Counted from the first letter of the stretch, positions 1 through 12,942 are shown. The stretch is 64,000 bases of DNA from Negaprion brevirostris (GCA_030324005.1 JARDVH010000115.1:33389478-33453477); one strand, 5' to 3'. Translations and numbers: made by a program. Notes: generated by a model from the letters alone, not told the origin.

Positions 1-232
1 GCAGGTAGTATTGAGGAAGCAGGGGGCTGCAGAAGGGCTTGGACAGGTTAGGAGAGTGGGCAAAGAAGTGGCAGATGGAATACAATTTGGAAAAGTATGA
101 GGTTGTGCACTTTGAAAGGAGGAATGGGGGTGTAGACTATTTTCTAAATGGGAAAATGCTTAGGAAAGCAGAAACACAAAGGAACTTGAGAGTCACTGTT
201 CAGGATTCTCTTAAGTTAAACATGCAGGTTCA
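1..232 (+). mobile_element. CR1-like LINE ORF2 (RT C-terminal) fragment
   Basis: DRLGEWAKKWQMEYN.EK.EV.HF is a typical CR1 RT motif; a similar copy lies at 43896-43989. Confidence 0.85.
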
Positions 233-324
233 CATATTCCAAAGGGAGTGCCCAATGGAGCAGGATAATCTAAGTTGTCCAGCGATAACACCAGCTGGGG
301 TCAAAACATAACTGCAATGTTTAA

Positions 325-418
325 AAACTTTGTTTTTGATTCTAAAGTCCAAATTGCTAACATAAATTGTGACCAACAGTGGTCCCAACACTGAACTTTG
401 CAGGGCACCGCTATACTC
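325..418 (-). mobile_element. CR1-like RT fragment
   Basis: SGALQSSVLGPLLVTIYVSNLD resembles the SGVPQGSVLGPLLF.IYINDLD RT motif. Confidence 0.7.
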
Positions 419-429
419 CTTTATATAAA

Positions 430-2630
430 AGGAATCATGCACTGGGAATGTCACTAACAAGGCCAGCAATTGTTGCCATCATTGAGGTGTTGATGAGCCA
501 TCCTCCTGAATCACTGCAGTCCATCTGATGCAGGTACATTCAAAGTAAAGTGAGGAAGGGAGCTGTAAGTTTTTGACTTAGTGACATGACGAAATGGTGA
601 TATAATTCCAATCAGGATGGTTTCTAGCTTGAAGGGGAACCTGGAGGTACCGGTGTTCCCATGAATATGCTCTCCTTATCCTTCTACGTGGAAATGGTCA
701 TGGAGTTGAAAGATGCTGTCAAAGATGACTTGACGAGTTGCTGCAATGGAGTTTGTTAATGTCACACACTAATGCTGCTGGTGAAAGGATGAATGTTTAA
801 GGCAGTCAGCAAGTTGCTGATCAAGTGGGCTGCTTTGTCTTGCTCATCGAGCTTTGAGTGTTATTGGAGCCGCACTCATCCAGGCAAGTGGTCAGTATTC
901 CACCACACTCCTGATTTGTGGCTTCTAGTTTGTGAACAGGCCTTTTGGAGTAAGGTGGTAAGTTAATCATTCACTGGCCCATAATATCCTGGCGTAATAA
1001 CTGGCAGAGGTATCCCAAAGGTGCAGTGGGGAACCCCCACACCCTCCAAAGTCCTCCAGGTAAGGATTACCCATCCGTTCTGTTGGGCAATTGCCCTCCA
1101 ACCAGAACCATTTAAAAGTATGATTTAAATCACAAACTTTAGATGGTTCAAGTGTCCTACAATAAGAGTTGTCCAGGAAAAGTTAGAAGAATTAAACCAC
1201 TTCTAACTCCTGGGTAACTTTTGAACCAATTCCTCTGTCCCTTGTCCACTTACCTTACACACTTACCTAGGTATCTACACTGCAGCGATGTCTTGAAGAT
1301 GAGGTGTTTAGCCCTCCAACAACAACCATCTTCACGCTAGGCATGATGATTCCGACCAATTGAGAGACCCCCCCACAGACTGCTCCAATTCCCATTGACT
1401 TTAATTTTGCTTCAGCAAGTTGGCGCCACATCTGGTCAAATGCTGCCTCCTTGCCAAAGACAGCCACTCACCTCCACTCTCAATTCAGCCCTTTTGTCCA
1501 TATTTGACCAAGACTGTAATGAGGTCTGGAGGCAAATGTCCCTGGCGAAACCCAAACTGAACATCTGTGAACAGGTTATTGCTGCGTAAGTGCCACTTGA
1601 TAGCAACACCATCCAACACTTTGCTGATGATTGAGAGTAGCCTGATGGGATGGTAATTGGTTGGATTGTTGGTTAGATGCCAGTGTTGTTGCTGTACTGG
1701 AACAGCTTGGCTGGAGGCACAGTTAGTTGTGCAGCACAAGTCTTTATTACTGCTGCCAATATTTTGTCAGGGTCCAAAGACTTTGCAGCCTTCAGCCATT
1801 TCTTGATACCACGTGGAGTGAATTGAATTGGATAGGATAAAGACTGGCAACTGTGAAACTGGGGACCTCAGGAGGAGGCGAGATAAATAATCCACTTGGC
1901 ACTTTTGGCTAAAGATAGATGCAAATGCTTCAGCCTTGTCTTTTACACTTAGCTCCCCCATCATTGGGGATGGGGCGGTTTCATTTGGTTGGTTTAATTG
2001 TCCATCACTAGTCTTTAATGGTTGTGGCAGGCCTACAGAGCTTTGATCTGCTCCATTGATTGTGAGACTGCCTAGCTCTATCACATACTGCTTCCCGTTT
2101 AGAATGGATGTAGCTTTGTGTTGTAGCTTCACAGATTTGGCATTGCATTTTTATACATTTCTGTTGCCTCTCCTTACATGCCCTCCTGCACTCCTTATTG
2201 AACCAGGACTGAGCCCCCGACTTGGTGGCAATGATAGAGTGGGGGATATGCTCGGCCATGAGGTTACAGTTTATGGTTGGGTGCAACTCTGCTGCTGTGA
2301 TGGCTCGCAGAACCTCATGGATGCTTGGTCTTTACCTGCGAGATCTGTTTGAAATCTATCTACATAATGGAGAGCATCCTCAACGTGAAGGGAAGACTTT
2401 GTCACCACAAAGATTGTGCAATGGCCAACCATACTAATACTGCCATGGCCAGATGCATCTGACAGGTAGACAGATGAGGGCAAGATCATGAAGGTGGTTC
2501 CCTCTTATTGGTTTCCTCAACCTTGCTGCAGGCCCAGTCCGGTGAATATGTCCTTCAGGACTGAGCTTGCTACACAACAGTAGCAGTGCTACCAAGCCAC
2601 TTTTGATAGTGGGCTTTGGTAACGACCAAG
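430..2630 (-). mobile_element. Degenerate, rearranged CR1/L2-group LINE (3' end 430-965; RT and upstream pieces 1270-2630)
   Basis: NPTNYHPIRLLSIISKV..QFGFRQGH and AFDQMW RT motifs; 3' tail shared with copies at 10425, 14225, 26050 and 42780. Confidence 0.8.
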
Positions 2631-2634
2631 ATTC

Positions 2635-3000
2635 TACATAGAAACATAAAAAAGAGTAGGTGATTTGGCCCTTCAAGCTTGCTCCACTATCCATGCTCTC
2701 TATCCATACCCCTTGACACCTTTAGAAATCTATTTCCTTCTTAAATATATCTAGTGATTTGGTCTCCACAGCCTCCTGTTGTAGAGAATTCCATAGGTCT
2801 TTGCTCAGAGGGCGATGAACATTTCTCCTCATCTCAGTCCTAACTGGCCTACCTCATATCCTGTGACCGTAACCTCCTTGTTCCGAATCTCCCAGCCAGG
2901 GGAAACATCATCCCTGCATTGAATGCAGGTCCAGTTGATCCAATCTCTCCTCATATGATGATCCTTCCATCCCAGGGATCTTGGTGTTGTTCTGAAATCT
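2635..3000 (-). mobile_element. CR1 LINE 3' end
   Basis: acatagaa-repeat tail, ggcccttc hairpin and CR1 3' ORF remnant. Confidence 0.75.
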
Positions 3001-3334
3001 TGTCCCTATCTGCTTTATGCTCAGTGTATTTCCTGTTTTGCTTCCCTCTTGCTCTGTCACCCTCAATTTTACCAATCATTACCAGACATTCCAGTTTCTC
3101 TCTACCAAATGCATCCCCAAGGAACTGTAGTTTTCTTCTGGTAATGAATGGTATCCCGAAGATTATTTACATCTTTTGCAAAAACATTGCAGCATTCTGA
3201 AAAATAAATGTAATGTTTTGTGTGACTTTAAGGGTACGGCCCAGTTAGTTGTCCACTATTACGTTTACTTGACATACACGAGTAACCAATTTTAAAACAG
3301 AAAGGAATAGTCAGCGTATAACATCCAGTGAAAA

Positions 3335-4668
3335 AAGATTCCAGACATTTCATCTGCTTTATTTGTTCATTTTTGAAGGAAAATGGTACATTATACATGT
3401 AAAAATACTACAATACAGTGGACAAAATTGTGGTAACTGCTTTTCTTTATCGGTTTGGTTGTTACCTTGGACCTCCCTAATGCCAAGAGAAAAACAGGAA
3501 ATACTGAGTGTTTTTATAGAACATTCATTCCATAAATACTATATTGACTGCTAGCTCAATCTTCCATGTAGCAATGTCCATGGGGCTAGAACAGGAAGTA
3601 AGCAACCTTGAGGGAATGTGACCGATGACTGAACAGAATCTTTACAGCGTGGACGTGTGAAGATGGACATTTCTCTGTTCCATTCAGGACAATAACATAC
3701 AGAAACAAACTATAAAAAAAAAATTCCTCACGTTCACTGACATACATTAACTTACTAAATGTGACATTGGCAGAATTATTTAATTGAAAACTCTGATAAA
3801 TAACACTCGCAATGTACCACATCCAAAGATGCCCAGCAAGTGACAAAGAAATGGCAGGGATAAAAACAAAACGATAAAGCATTTTTATATTAAAAAAATC
3901 AAGTTGCATCCTTCTGCAGCAGATTTCAAGAGATGGGTCTTGTTCTAGATCCCAATTTGTTTCCCTCACAAACTACAGTAAAGTTCCTGCCGCTGCAGAT
4001 GTTATGCCTCACTGAGGCCATTTGATGTTTACACATAATAAAGAGGTAAACAAATTGCAGGAGAAGTTCTGGCTCAACTCCAGACCACTTTATAATACAT
4101 TGGACCAGTACGCTTAATGAGTTGTCCGTGTCTTAAGAGGTTGACTTATTGCACTAGCTATTAGATTAGTCAGATCTCAAGTTCATCTTGCCAGCAGACC
4201 AGGCAGGGATAGATCATTACCTAACGTATATAGGCGAGAAAATATCTTGCCAGGAATCAATTACAAATGAGCGTTTTACTGAAACAGAATTTCAAATCTA
4301 CTTTTAAAGTTGGGTAATTTCAATGCAGACCATAAATATATAGTGATAATAAAGGAGAGTTCCGTTCAAAGTATCAGCTTCCACTCTCCTGTCAATCAAA
4401 ATGATGCCAGTATATTCCAAATGCATGCTCTTGTGATTGGTCATTTTAAAGTAGGTCACTGCATAGGAACCAGTATTTAAAAGTAGCTCATTTTCCATCA
4501 TCATGTCACAAATGATGGAGAGATTTTGTTGAAAAAGGAACCTTTTCTTTCCCAATTACTTACAAATCAACCAGATAGTGCTGATAATCTCTGGGACACG
4601 TTTCTGGTTAAATATCCTTAAAATCCGATCAGATTTCCTTTCCTCAATTTTTTTTAAGGTGGTCAAGT
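3335..4668 (-). other. AKT1: AKT1 3' UTR (about 1.3 kb, inferred)
   Basis: Repeat-free AT-rich stretch from the stop codon to the first AATAAA I found on the minus strand. Confidence 0.65.
3358..3363 (-). terminator. Polyadenylation signal AATAAA
   Basis: Minus strand ...TGTATTGTAG..CATGTATAATGTACC...AATAAA, with several upstream UGUA (CFIm) motifs and a downstream U-rich element TCTTTTTTC. Confidence 0.7.
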
Positions 4669-4748
4669 TCAGTCCCTTCCACTGGCTGAGTAAGAGAACT
4701 GGGGGAAATGTGGTCTTCTCTCATTGTCTATGGATTCCATACTGCCAT
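4669..4748 (-). CDS. AKT1: AKT1 last coding exon (hydrophobic motif S473): [26 protein letters not shown]
   Basis: Manual translation; gcacag| acceptor; 80 nt to TGA at 4669-4671. S473-equivalent codon at 4693-4695. Confidence 0.97.
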
Positions 4749-4895
4749 CTGTGCAACACAAGAACCTCATCAGTACTGAAGACAAGTTTACATTCTTAAA
4801 AGTGTGTCTGAAATTATATGGTCAGAACAATCTTGGAGATTAGAAATAATCACATTGCATCTATTCCCATATTAGAATCGGTCAGTATATCTAAA

Positions 4896-5149
4896 GCTTA
4901 TTTATTAGTGTCACAAGTAGGTTTACATTAACATTGCAACGAGGTTACCATGAAAATCCCCCTAGTCGCCACACTCCGGCACCTGTTCGGGCACACTGAG
5001 GGATAATTTAGCACCTAACCTCCACATCTCTTGGACTGTGGGAGGAACCCAGAGCACACGGAGGAAACCTGTGCACAAAAACCCGGGGAGAAAGTGCAAA
5101 CTCCGCACAGACAGTGCCCCAGGTTAACCACTGTGCCACCATGCCACCC
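4896..5149 (-). mobile_element. tRNA-derived V-SINE (HE1-like), tail type B, internally deleted
   Basis: V-core gggtttcctccgggtgctccggtttcctcccacagtccaa variants; tail ...cctacttgtgacactaataaataa. Confidence 0.8.
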
Positions 5150-5228
5150 TCAATAAACAACATTTCAAAAGCATTTCTGTCCTTTCACCCTCTCTAATTC
5201 AGATATGTAAAAGTGTAATGCAAAATAC

Positions 5229-5331
5229 CTCGATCAGGTGGAGTGATTGTTATTATTTGTGCTGTAAATTCTTCATCAAAATATCTTGTGTCCATCTCAG
5301 ATGTTACCTGAGGCTTAAATGGTGGAGTAAG
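5229..5331 (-). CDS. AKT1: AKT1 coding exon 12 (AGC C-tail, turn motif T450): [34 protein letters not shown](D)
   Basis: Manual translation; caacag| acceptor and |gtattt donor; 103 nt. Confidence 0.97.
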
Positions 5332-5463
5332 CTGTTGAATATACAAAATGGCATTATTTTGCTGCGCTTACATCATTAAAATAAAANNNNNNNNACACAA
5401 ATTGCAGTGAACACAGGAATAAAAGTGATAATTTTGTCATTTAGCAATGTCACCGAATGTAGG

Positions 5464-5815
5464 GTTTTTTAAAAATTCATTTTACAGAATCGAGTGTCAC
5501 TGGCTGGACTGGCATTTATTGCCCATCCGTAACTGCCCTCCATTCCAAAAGGCATTTCAAAATCAACCACATTGCTTTTGGTCTGGGTAAGGATGGCAGA
5601 CCGGGTGAGGATGGCAGATTTCCTTCCCTAAAGGACATTAGTGAACCAGATGGCTTTTTACAACAACCGACAGCATTCATCATTAGACTTTAATTCCAGA
5701 TTTTTATTGAACTCAAATTTCCCCATCTGCCATGGAGGGATTTGAACCCAGGTCCTTGGATCTTGTCCTGGGTCTCTGGATTACGAGTCCAGTGACAATA
5801 TGCCAGCATCTCCCC
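5464..5815 (-). mobile_element. Second tRNA-SINE family sharing its 3' tail with the CR1/L2-group LINE
   Basis: B-box GGGTTCAAATCC; core ttcactaatgtcctttagggaaggaaatctgcc; other copies at 26470-26695, 41030-41370 and 50771-51002. Confidence 0.75.
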
Positions 5816-6396
5816 ATAACTGACTTCCTGCCTTTAATGCTTTCCAAAGTAAGGGGTTTTGGTGCTGAGGAATGGAATATCTTAAATTTCAAGACACTAA
5901 TAACAGCTTCTTGCTTAGGCTTTGCATATCTGTATGTACAGTGAAATACCTTTCACTATACATCAACGTACATCAGCCCTAAGCTAAGAAAAGTACTCTG
6001 CTACAACAACATGCTTTAGAGTGGTTGCTGTTTAGGGTTTTACGGCACATTTACAGAGTACCTGCTCACCAGTCCAGCCTCCCTAATCAAACATTTCCTG
6101 AATCACACAAAACAAAAACACGGTACGAAAGAAGTGAGAAAGCAACAGGAAGAAACAAAGATAGGAGGGCAGGGAAACAATAGAATAGTGCTGTTGGGCA
6201 TTGATAGGATAAAGATCTACATCTGTGATTTTGGGATACAAACTAAGCTCTGATTTTGACAGTGCTGTTGGGGGATTTGTCCATTGCAAAGTAAAGGGCC
6301 CCCCACTCCCCAAAATGGATTTTGTTCAGTAAATCATGCTGCTTTTCCTATAGTACAAACTGAACTACTGAATCAATTCAAACATGGTTTCATCAC

Positions 6397-6484
6397 CTTC
6401 TTCTGATAGACATCTTGCCACTCGATTCCAGCAAAGAACTTGTCTTGCATTATTTCCTTTGCATCATCATAGCCACCACCCAAC
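6397..6484 (-). CDS. AKT1: AKT1 coding exon 11: (R)[29 protein letters not shown]
   Basis: Manual translation; caccag| acceptor and |gtgatg donor; 88 nt. Confidence 0.96.
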
Positions 6485-7438
6485 CTGGTGAGGAATATAT
6501 CAACAACTTGCATTCACATAGCACTTTTATCACAGAACAATATCTCACAAAGCCTCACGGGATTTAAAGTATTCTGAGCCAAACAATCCCTCAGCAAGAA
6601 TTTGCATGCCACATGCATGGAGTTAGAGCTGGCTTAGACAAAAATATTATTTAGCCAGACGCAAGTTAAACTCATTCAGTGGATAATTAAATGTACCAGG
6701 TTAAAGTATCATGGATTCAACACTGACATGTTCCAACGTATCAGTGAAAGCATAATTACATTGAGACGCACAGACCACATCACTTCCTGAAATAGAATTA
6801 CTTCTATTGAAATGCAGCGACTGTAAGCAAACATATTAGCAATATTACCCAACACCAGCATTGAGATAATTGACAAGTTAAGCCTCTTTGCATCAATTAA
6901 CTGAAGGAGGAAAGGACACTGGGAGCAATCGCTATTCATCTTTGAAATGTGCCATTGAAAATCCATGTGAACAGATTTTTTTTTGAAGTTTACATTAACT
7001 TTGCAATGAAGTTAGTGAAAATCCCCTATTAGACTTCAGCTTAATAATTCAAGTCTCACGTATAGCACTCTTCAGTTTCTTTTAGGTGATCCCAGTTTCT
7101 TTTAGGATAGCACTCTTCAGTACTACATCGGAACTAAGTGTTCAAGTCTGATCTCACAATCTCTGACCCAGAAGGGAAGTGCTGCCAACCAAACCAAGTG
7201 GACACAGGTATTAACTAACCTTCTAAAGCGGTTTTAGCTATGCAGGTTACATGCTAAAATAGCAAAGAGAATATTCGTATTGGTAGAGGAAGGCGGTACA
7301 AATATGCATCAGTGGTGAAATTTTGAAACCACGCGCTAGACAAATGTCTTGACTGAAATTGAAAATCTAACTTTGGTAGTATTGGGTTTCCGCCCCTGAG
7401 TGTGTAAGCATTGTTCAGGCTTGCAAGCATCGCTTCTA

Positions 7439-7726
<288 letters not shown>

Positions 7727-8011
7727 TTACAGAGATAAATATGATTAGTTGTAAGATTACCTGAAAGACTGAACATTGATATAAGTGTGCAATCCTATAT
7801 TATTTTTAACCCTTATATGGATTACTCACTTTCAGGCACAACCATATGGACAAGGAGGAAAAATAATCCAATGAACAATTAGGTACTTCACTAACTACAA
7901 GCGCACCTGTTGTTGGCAACTAGATAAACAAGCTATATTGGTTCTACAATCATTGGGTAAACTCCATACCATGGTGTATAAACAAACATATCATGCCTTC
8001 ATTCATGTCCA

Positions 8012-8200
8012 TAAAACATAGAAACATAGAAATAGGAGCAAGAGTAGGCCATCTGGCCCTTCGAGCCAGCGCCGCCATTCATTTTGATCATGGCTGATCA
8101 TCAAATTCAATACCCTAATGTCTTCACTACCCCCACTTCCCCACCTCTTCCCCATCCCCTGTCATATTCCTTGAGCTCTTCAGCCCTAAGAGTTACTTGA
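8012..8200 (-). mobile_element. CR1 LINE 3' tail
   Basis: (aacataga)n followed by ataggagcaagagtaggccatctggcccttcgagcc. Confidence 0.8.
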
Positions 8201-8824
8201 TCAAAAATTATGACACTTTTTGTTACCCCAAAAATGCGCATTTAACATACACAAATTAGGTTGTTGACACCACTCATGTTACAAATCTCCATAAAGGCTT
8301 CACAAGAGCTCAAAGAGCTTAAGCAGAAAGTGGAAAGAAAATAGCAAGTGGGGAGGTCAAAGCGTTAGGGTTAGTTGAGACGTTCGAAGAAAGAACTTTG
8401 CAGGAGCAGACTGAGTATAGGGACACCTTGTCCAAAGGATCTGCCGCTAGATGAGGAACATTAGGCCAAAATCACAGTGCGTGAGAGCTGGGAAATACGG
8501 CTGTAGAATATGTAGGCCCTCTAGTATTGAAAGAATATCAAAAACAATCGAAAAAGTCACAGTTCGAATGTTAAATTGGCAAGGAATCATAGTTATGAAG
8601 AGTGATTTAAGAAATTAGGATCTTTGTCACCAAACCTGAAAAGATTAAGTATGAACATTACAGAACTTGTATCGATCTAATACCTGGTGCAGCTGCAATA
8701 TTAAAGAATCAAAATCAGAACTGCCAATTACTCATCCAGTTGAGAGTGGTGTTGCATTATTCCTGAAGCATCTTGATAGGGGTGTTCATGGTCTTTTATG
8801 TAGAAAGATGTTCCAAGATGCTTC

Positions 8825-9120
8825 ACAGAGAACAAAGAAAATTACAGTACAGGCCCTTCATCCAACCAAGCCTGCACCAACCATGCTGCTCATCTTAAAT
8901 AAAACCCCCTACCCTTCCGAGGACCATAACTTTCTTCTCCCATCCTATTAATGTATTTGTCAAGACACCCATTAAAAGTCACAATTGAATCTGCTTCCGC
9001 CAACTCCCTCAGCAGTCAGTTCCTGGCACCCATTACCCTCTGTAAAAAAAATTTGCCTCTTAAACCTATGCCCCCTAGTAATTGACTTTTCCACCATGGC
9101 AAAAGGCTTCACATCTTTGT
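8825..9120 (-). mobile_element. CR1 LINE 3' end
   Basis: agaacaaagaa tail, caggcccttc hairpin and remnant ORF ..FFTEG..WQEL. Confidence 0.7.
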
Positions 9121-12100
9121 TTTGGATTGGAGCCATGAAGAAAACACCAACAAAAGGAGGAGTTATAAGGGTGAACAAAACCTTGGTCAAAGAGGTAAAT
9201 TTGAAGAAGTCTTGATGGGGAAGTGACAGGTGCAAAACTTTCGGGGGGAATTCCTGTCGGTAGCAAAAAGCAGTCGATTACATTAATGTGAATGCTAAGG
9301 CAAAGGGTAGGAGACTGGTGTGAAATAAAAGGTTGGCATTAGAGGAAAGGAGAAGTTTAAATCCATGACATTAGAGAACCCGGTATCAATTCAGGTCAGA
9401 CAGGAGATGGTGATGGGCAAGCAGACTTTGGCAGCACAGATTTTGGTCATGAAGGGTAAAGGATGGAAGTGGAATGTTGGAGTGAATAGACCTGAAGGTA
9501 ATGAAGGTCATTACAAAAAGTGAAGAAAACTTTAATTATGATTTTAAAATAAGAATGTTCAGTAATTTTTACCTACAAATACATAACTGGAACGTCTGAA
9601 ACAATGTACTGAAAGATTTGCACCATGAATGTTGCTGTGGTAATTACAGATACAGTGCACTCCAAAAACAAATCCTTCCTCACTATCAATGTGCAAGGTA
9701 TTAAAACAATAACGGTCTGGATTCTGGCGTAGGAATGAGCGCCAAATTGTCAGCATTTGCTGCCATTATTCCTGACAGTAACTTTGGAGTATGCAGTTAA
9801 ACAAGTAAATATAGAGGTGTTTAGTCAGTGATTCTATACTTCCCACTGGGGTCACTGTAGGGGAGCATCTTTTCCCCCAAGTCTGCAATCAACTGAGAGT
9901 CAGTGAACTAACAAAAACTTCCCCTTTTACACAATTAATCACAGTTAAAACCCTTGAACAAGTTACACCTGGTTGATTGAATGCTGTAGTAAATTCCTAA
10001 TTATTGTTGAACAGTTTCACTGGCCCTGAAAACCTAATTTTATAATCGTGAAATATCAAATGTTATTTTTGAATTGTAGTGGAGAAATTTGATATTTTAA
10101 TTGTTTGTGGCACATTAGTTTCTACCATTAATCCTAGGTGCATGGACCATTCATTTTGATTGCTATACAAAACAGTGCATTTTACTTCCTGGTTTGCAGT
10201 CTGTGGAAATACTTCAGTGCGATTGGCTGTTTACCCCACTTGCTGACATCAATGTTGCTGGACACCTGGAGATCCCCCTTGACTTGATGCCAGGTTCAAA
10301 CTGACATCAAGAAGAGGGAAATCCGCACCAAAGAGGTCGCCATTTCTCTGAGTAGTTTTTTTTTGAGTCAGTAGCAAGTATCTTCACTTCGCTGCTGGTC
10401 ACAAGATCTAGGACAATTTTTTCTAAATTTATTTTTGGGATGCTGACATCGCTGGCTACACCAGCATTTTTGCCCATTCCTAACTAACTGTCATTGAGAA
10501 GGTGGTGGTAAGCTGCCTTCTTGAACCATTGCCATCCATGTGGCTCAGGTACACCACAGTATTGAATCTATTTCATAAAACATAAGACTTAACCAGTTTA
10601 AAATAAAGATCACTTCAAATTAATGGCATAACCTGATTAATATGCATAACCTCACTGATTTAACAACTCAGAATGCTTTGTTGAGTCCACTACGAATTCC
10701 AAATACAATTTAAAAAAATGTTTTTTGGAGTTCAGAATCAGATGTCTTCTGAAATTACCTCAACACATTTGCAGAGTGATTTCACCTATCTCCTTATCTG
10801 CATTGCAAGCTGGTGTAACTGCTCATTTTTAATTCTTAATAACGTTTGTGCAGAAATGTAGAACTCATCTCCTGTCAAGAATCTGAGCAGGTATTATGTT
10901 ACTTACACACAGGTCTATTTACAGCAGCTCCTGCCTGTATGATTCAAAGCAAGTGACAGCTGGTTGTACAGCTGCCCCATATATGTACAGGAGGAACACA
11001 GCTGCTTGCCAGCCAGAATTCCAGGAGCCACACTCATCAACTCTTAAAAGAGTAATCAGATTGTATTTTACTGTTCTGAAGGGACAGCCTGGACCCCAAA
11101 ATTCCTGATTATTTTATCAGCGAGACTGAAAATTTAGAAAAGACGCAACTTTCAAATAAGATGCATTTAATTCACCACAAGTTAAATAGGAATAACCTGA
11201 TCCCTCCCCCCTCTTCAGGTGCTTGTAATAAAATGCACTGCAAGTCAGTATTGCAAGGTCCACAGCTGTCATTTCACATCCCCACACTTGAGTTCCCGAT
11301 CTGTGTCACACTAACTGGCCTTTTACAGGCAGGAACAGCCAGCAAGTCGTACTGCAGTGGTCCAACAAGTGTATTAGTCAGAGTACGTTATGTCCACAAC
11401 ACTGCTACTGGCTACTCCACAAGAGTGTGAAGCAAGTACAGAAATTTAGTGTCTAAACAGCAATACATTTTCAGTAAGAACAAGTGTAGTATTTGGTCTT
11501 ACACTTGATATAAGTCAATGAGGTTACACTGAGGCTTCTTTTGAAGTAATTTTTTTAAAAACGCCATCCAGGCCTTTTGTCTAAGATGAAGTTCAGATCA
11601 AGCACTGCAGGGAGTGTAACGCCTGCTTCTATCAGCTTGGGTCTTCTTGATTGAGCCCAAGACAAGAAAAATGGGGTCCGTTTTGTCAGCTTGGACCTGT
11701 AATGTCTCTTGTAGAGACTTTGATTGGACCAATTTGGCTTTTAATTGGATATGACATCCAAGGCATCTAAGTCCACCTTGTTGACCAGCAAGGGGCATGC
11801 ATACGGCAGGTTGTAGTGGGCTGCTCTGGGATGTTGCTTCGGGAGTTGCCTATTGCTNNNNNNNNNNNNNNNNNNNNNNNNNNNNNNNNNNNNNNNNNNN
11901 NNNNNNNNNNNNNNNNNNNNNNNNNNNNNNNNNNNNNNNNNNNNNNNNNNNNNNNNNGAGACTTTGATTGGACCAATTTGGCTTTTAATTGGATATGACA
12001 AAAAAATCTAAGCAGCATTAGAATATTTCCTATCCACACAACAGCAAACGTGCTGAAAAGAGCAGGGGGGCGGGGGGGTTGGTGGAGAACGCTTAGATCT

Positions 12101-12483
12101 GGTTTCTGCAATGATAGTCATTTGTAGAAACTGCCTCAAATAATTAATGGTTGGGCTGAAGCACCCGTTTCCATGCTGTAAATCCCTATGACTCGAATAC
12201 AGTAAATGTCTCAAATACAGTAAATGTCTCAAACCGCAGTTTTAAAACTGAACAAGAGCTTTGTTTTCAATTGTAAGCAGCAGCATGGTCCTTGTGGGGA
12301 AAATGGCGAGGGGGGGTGGGGGTCGGTCAGAACTGCAGATAGGCAGTCCACTGGTCTACTGCAGGGCTTCCCTAGGGTGCTGTGAGTAACATGCACCTAC
12401 AATCACTCCATGATTTAGTTTGATAAGTTTTCTTTGGTTTAGTTCCAACTGAACTGCGTTTTCCCATTTCTTTGTGCCTCCTG

Positions 12484-12775
12484 GGTGGCATGGTGGTTAG
12501 CACTGCTGCCTCACAGCACCAGGGACCCAGGTTCGATTCCCGGTTTGGGTCACTGTCTGTGTGGAGTTTGCACATTCTCCCCATGTTGGAGTGGGTTTCC
12601 TCTGGGTGTTTCGGTTTCCTCCCAGTCCAAAAGACGTGCTGGTTAGATGCATTGGCTGTGCTAAATTCTCCTTCAGTGTACCCGGACAGGTGTCAGAGTG
12701 ACTCGGGAATTTTCACAGTAACTTCATTACAGTGTTAGTGTAAGACTACTTGTGATACCAATAAAATAAATAGAT
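12484..12775 (+). mobile_element. V-SINE (HE1-like), tail type B
   Basis: tRNA head with GGTTCGATTCC B-box, V-core and aataaa-repeat tail. Confidence 0.85.
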
Positions 12776-12809
12776 AAGAATAAATAAAATAATGGAACAC
12801 AGCAGATTT

Positions 12810-12942
12810 ATTCTGATGAAAGGTCACAGATCTAAAACTTTAACCCTGTTTCTTTCTTCACAGATACTGTCTGACCTAGTGGGAACTCCTAGCATTTTCT
12901 GTCTTTATTTCAGATTTCCAGCATCTGCAGTATTTTACTTTA
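12810..12942 (+). mobile_element. Penelope-like element terminal repeat remnant (degenerate hammerhead)
   Basis: ctgatga-aaggtc..gatct-aaaa core followed by cacagat(g)ctgtctgacct..cagatttccagcatctgcagta; same family as 22945-23082. Confidence 0.6.

Noticed and set aside
3586-3969. 127-aa ORF on the minus strand
   Set aside because: Lies in the inferred AKT1 3' UTR, non-ATG start, no recognisable domain.
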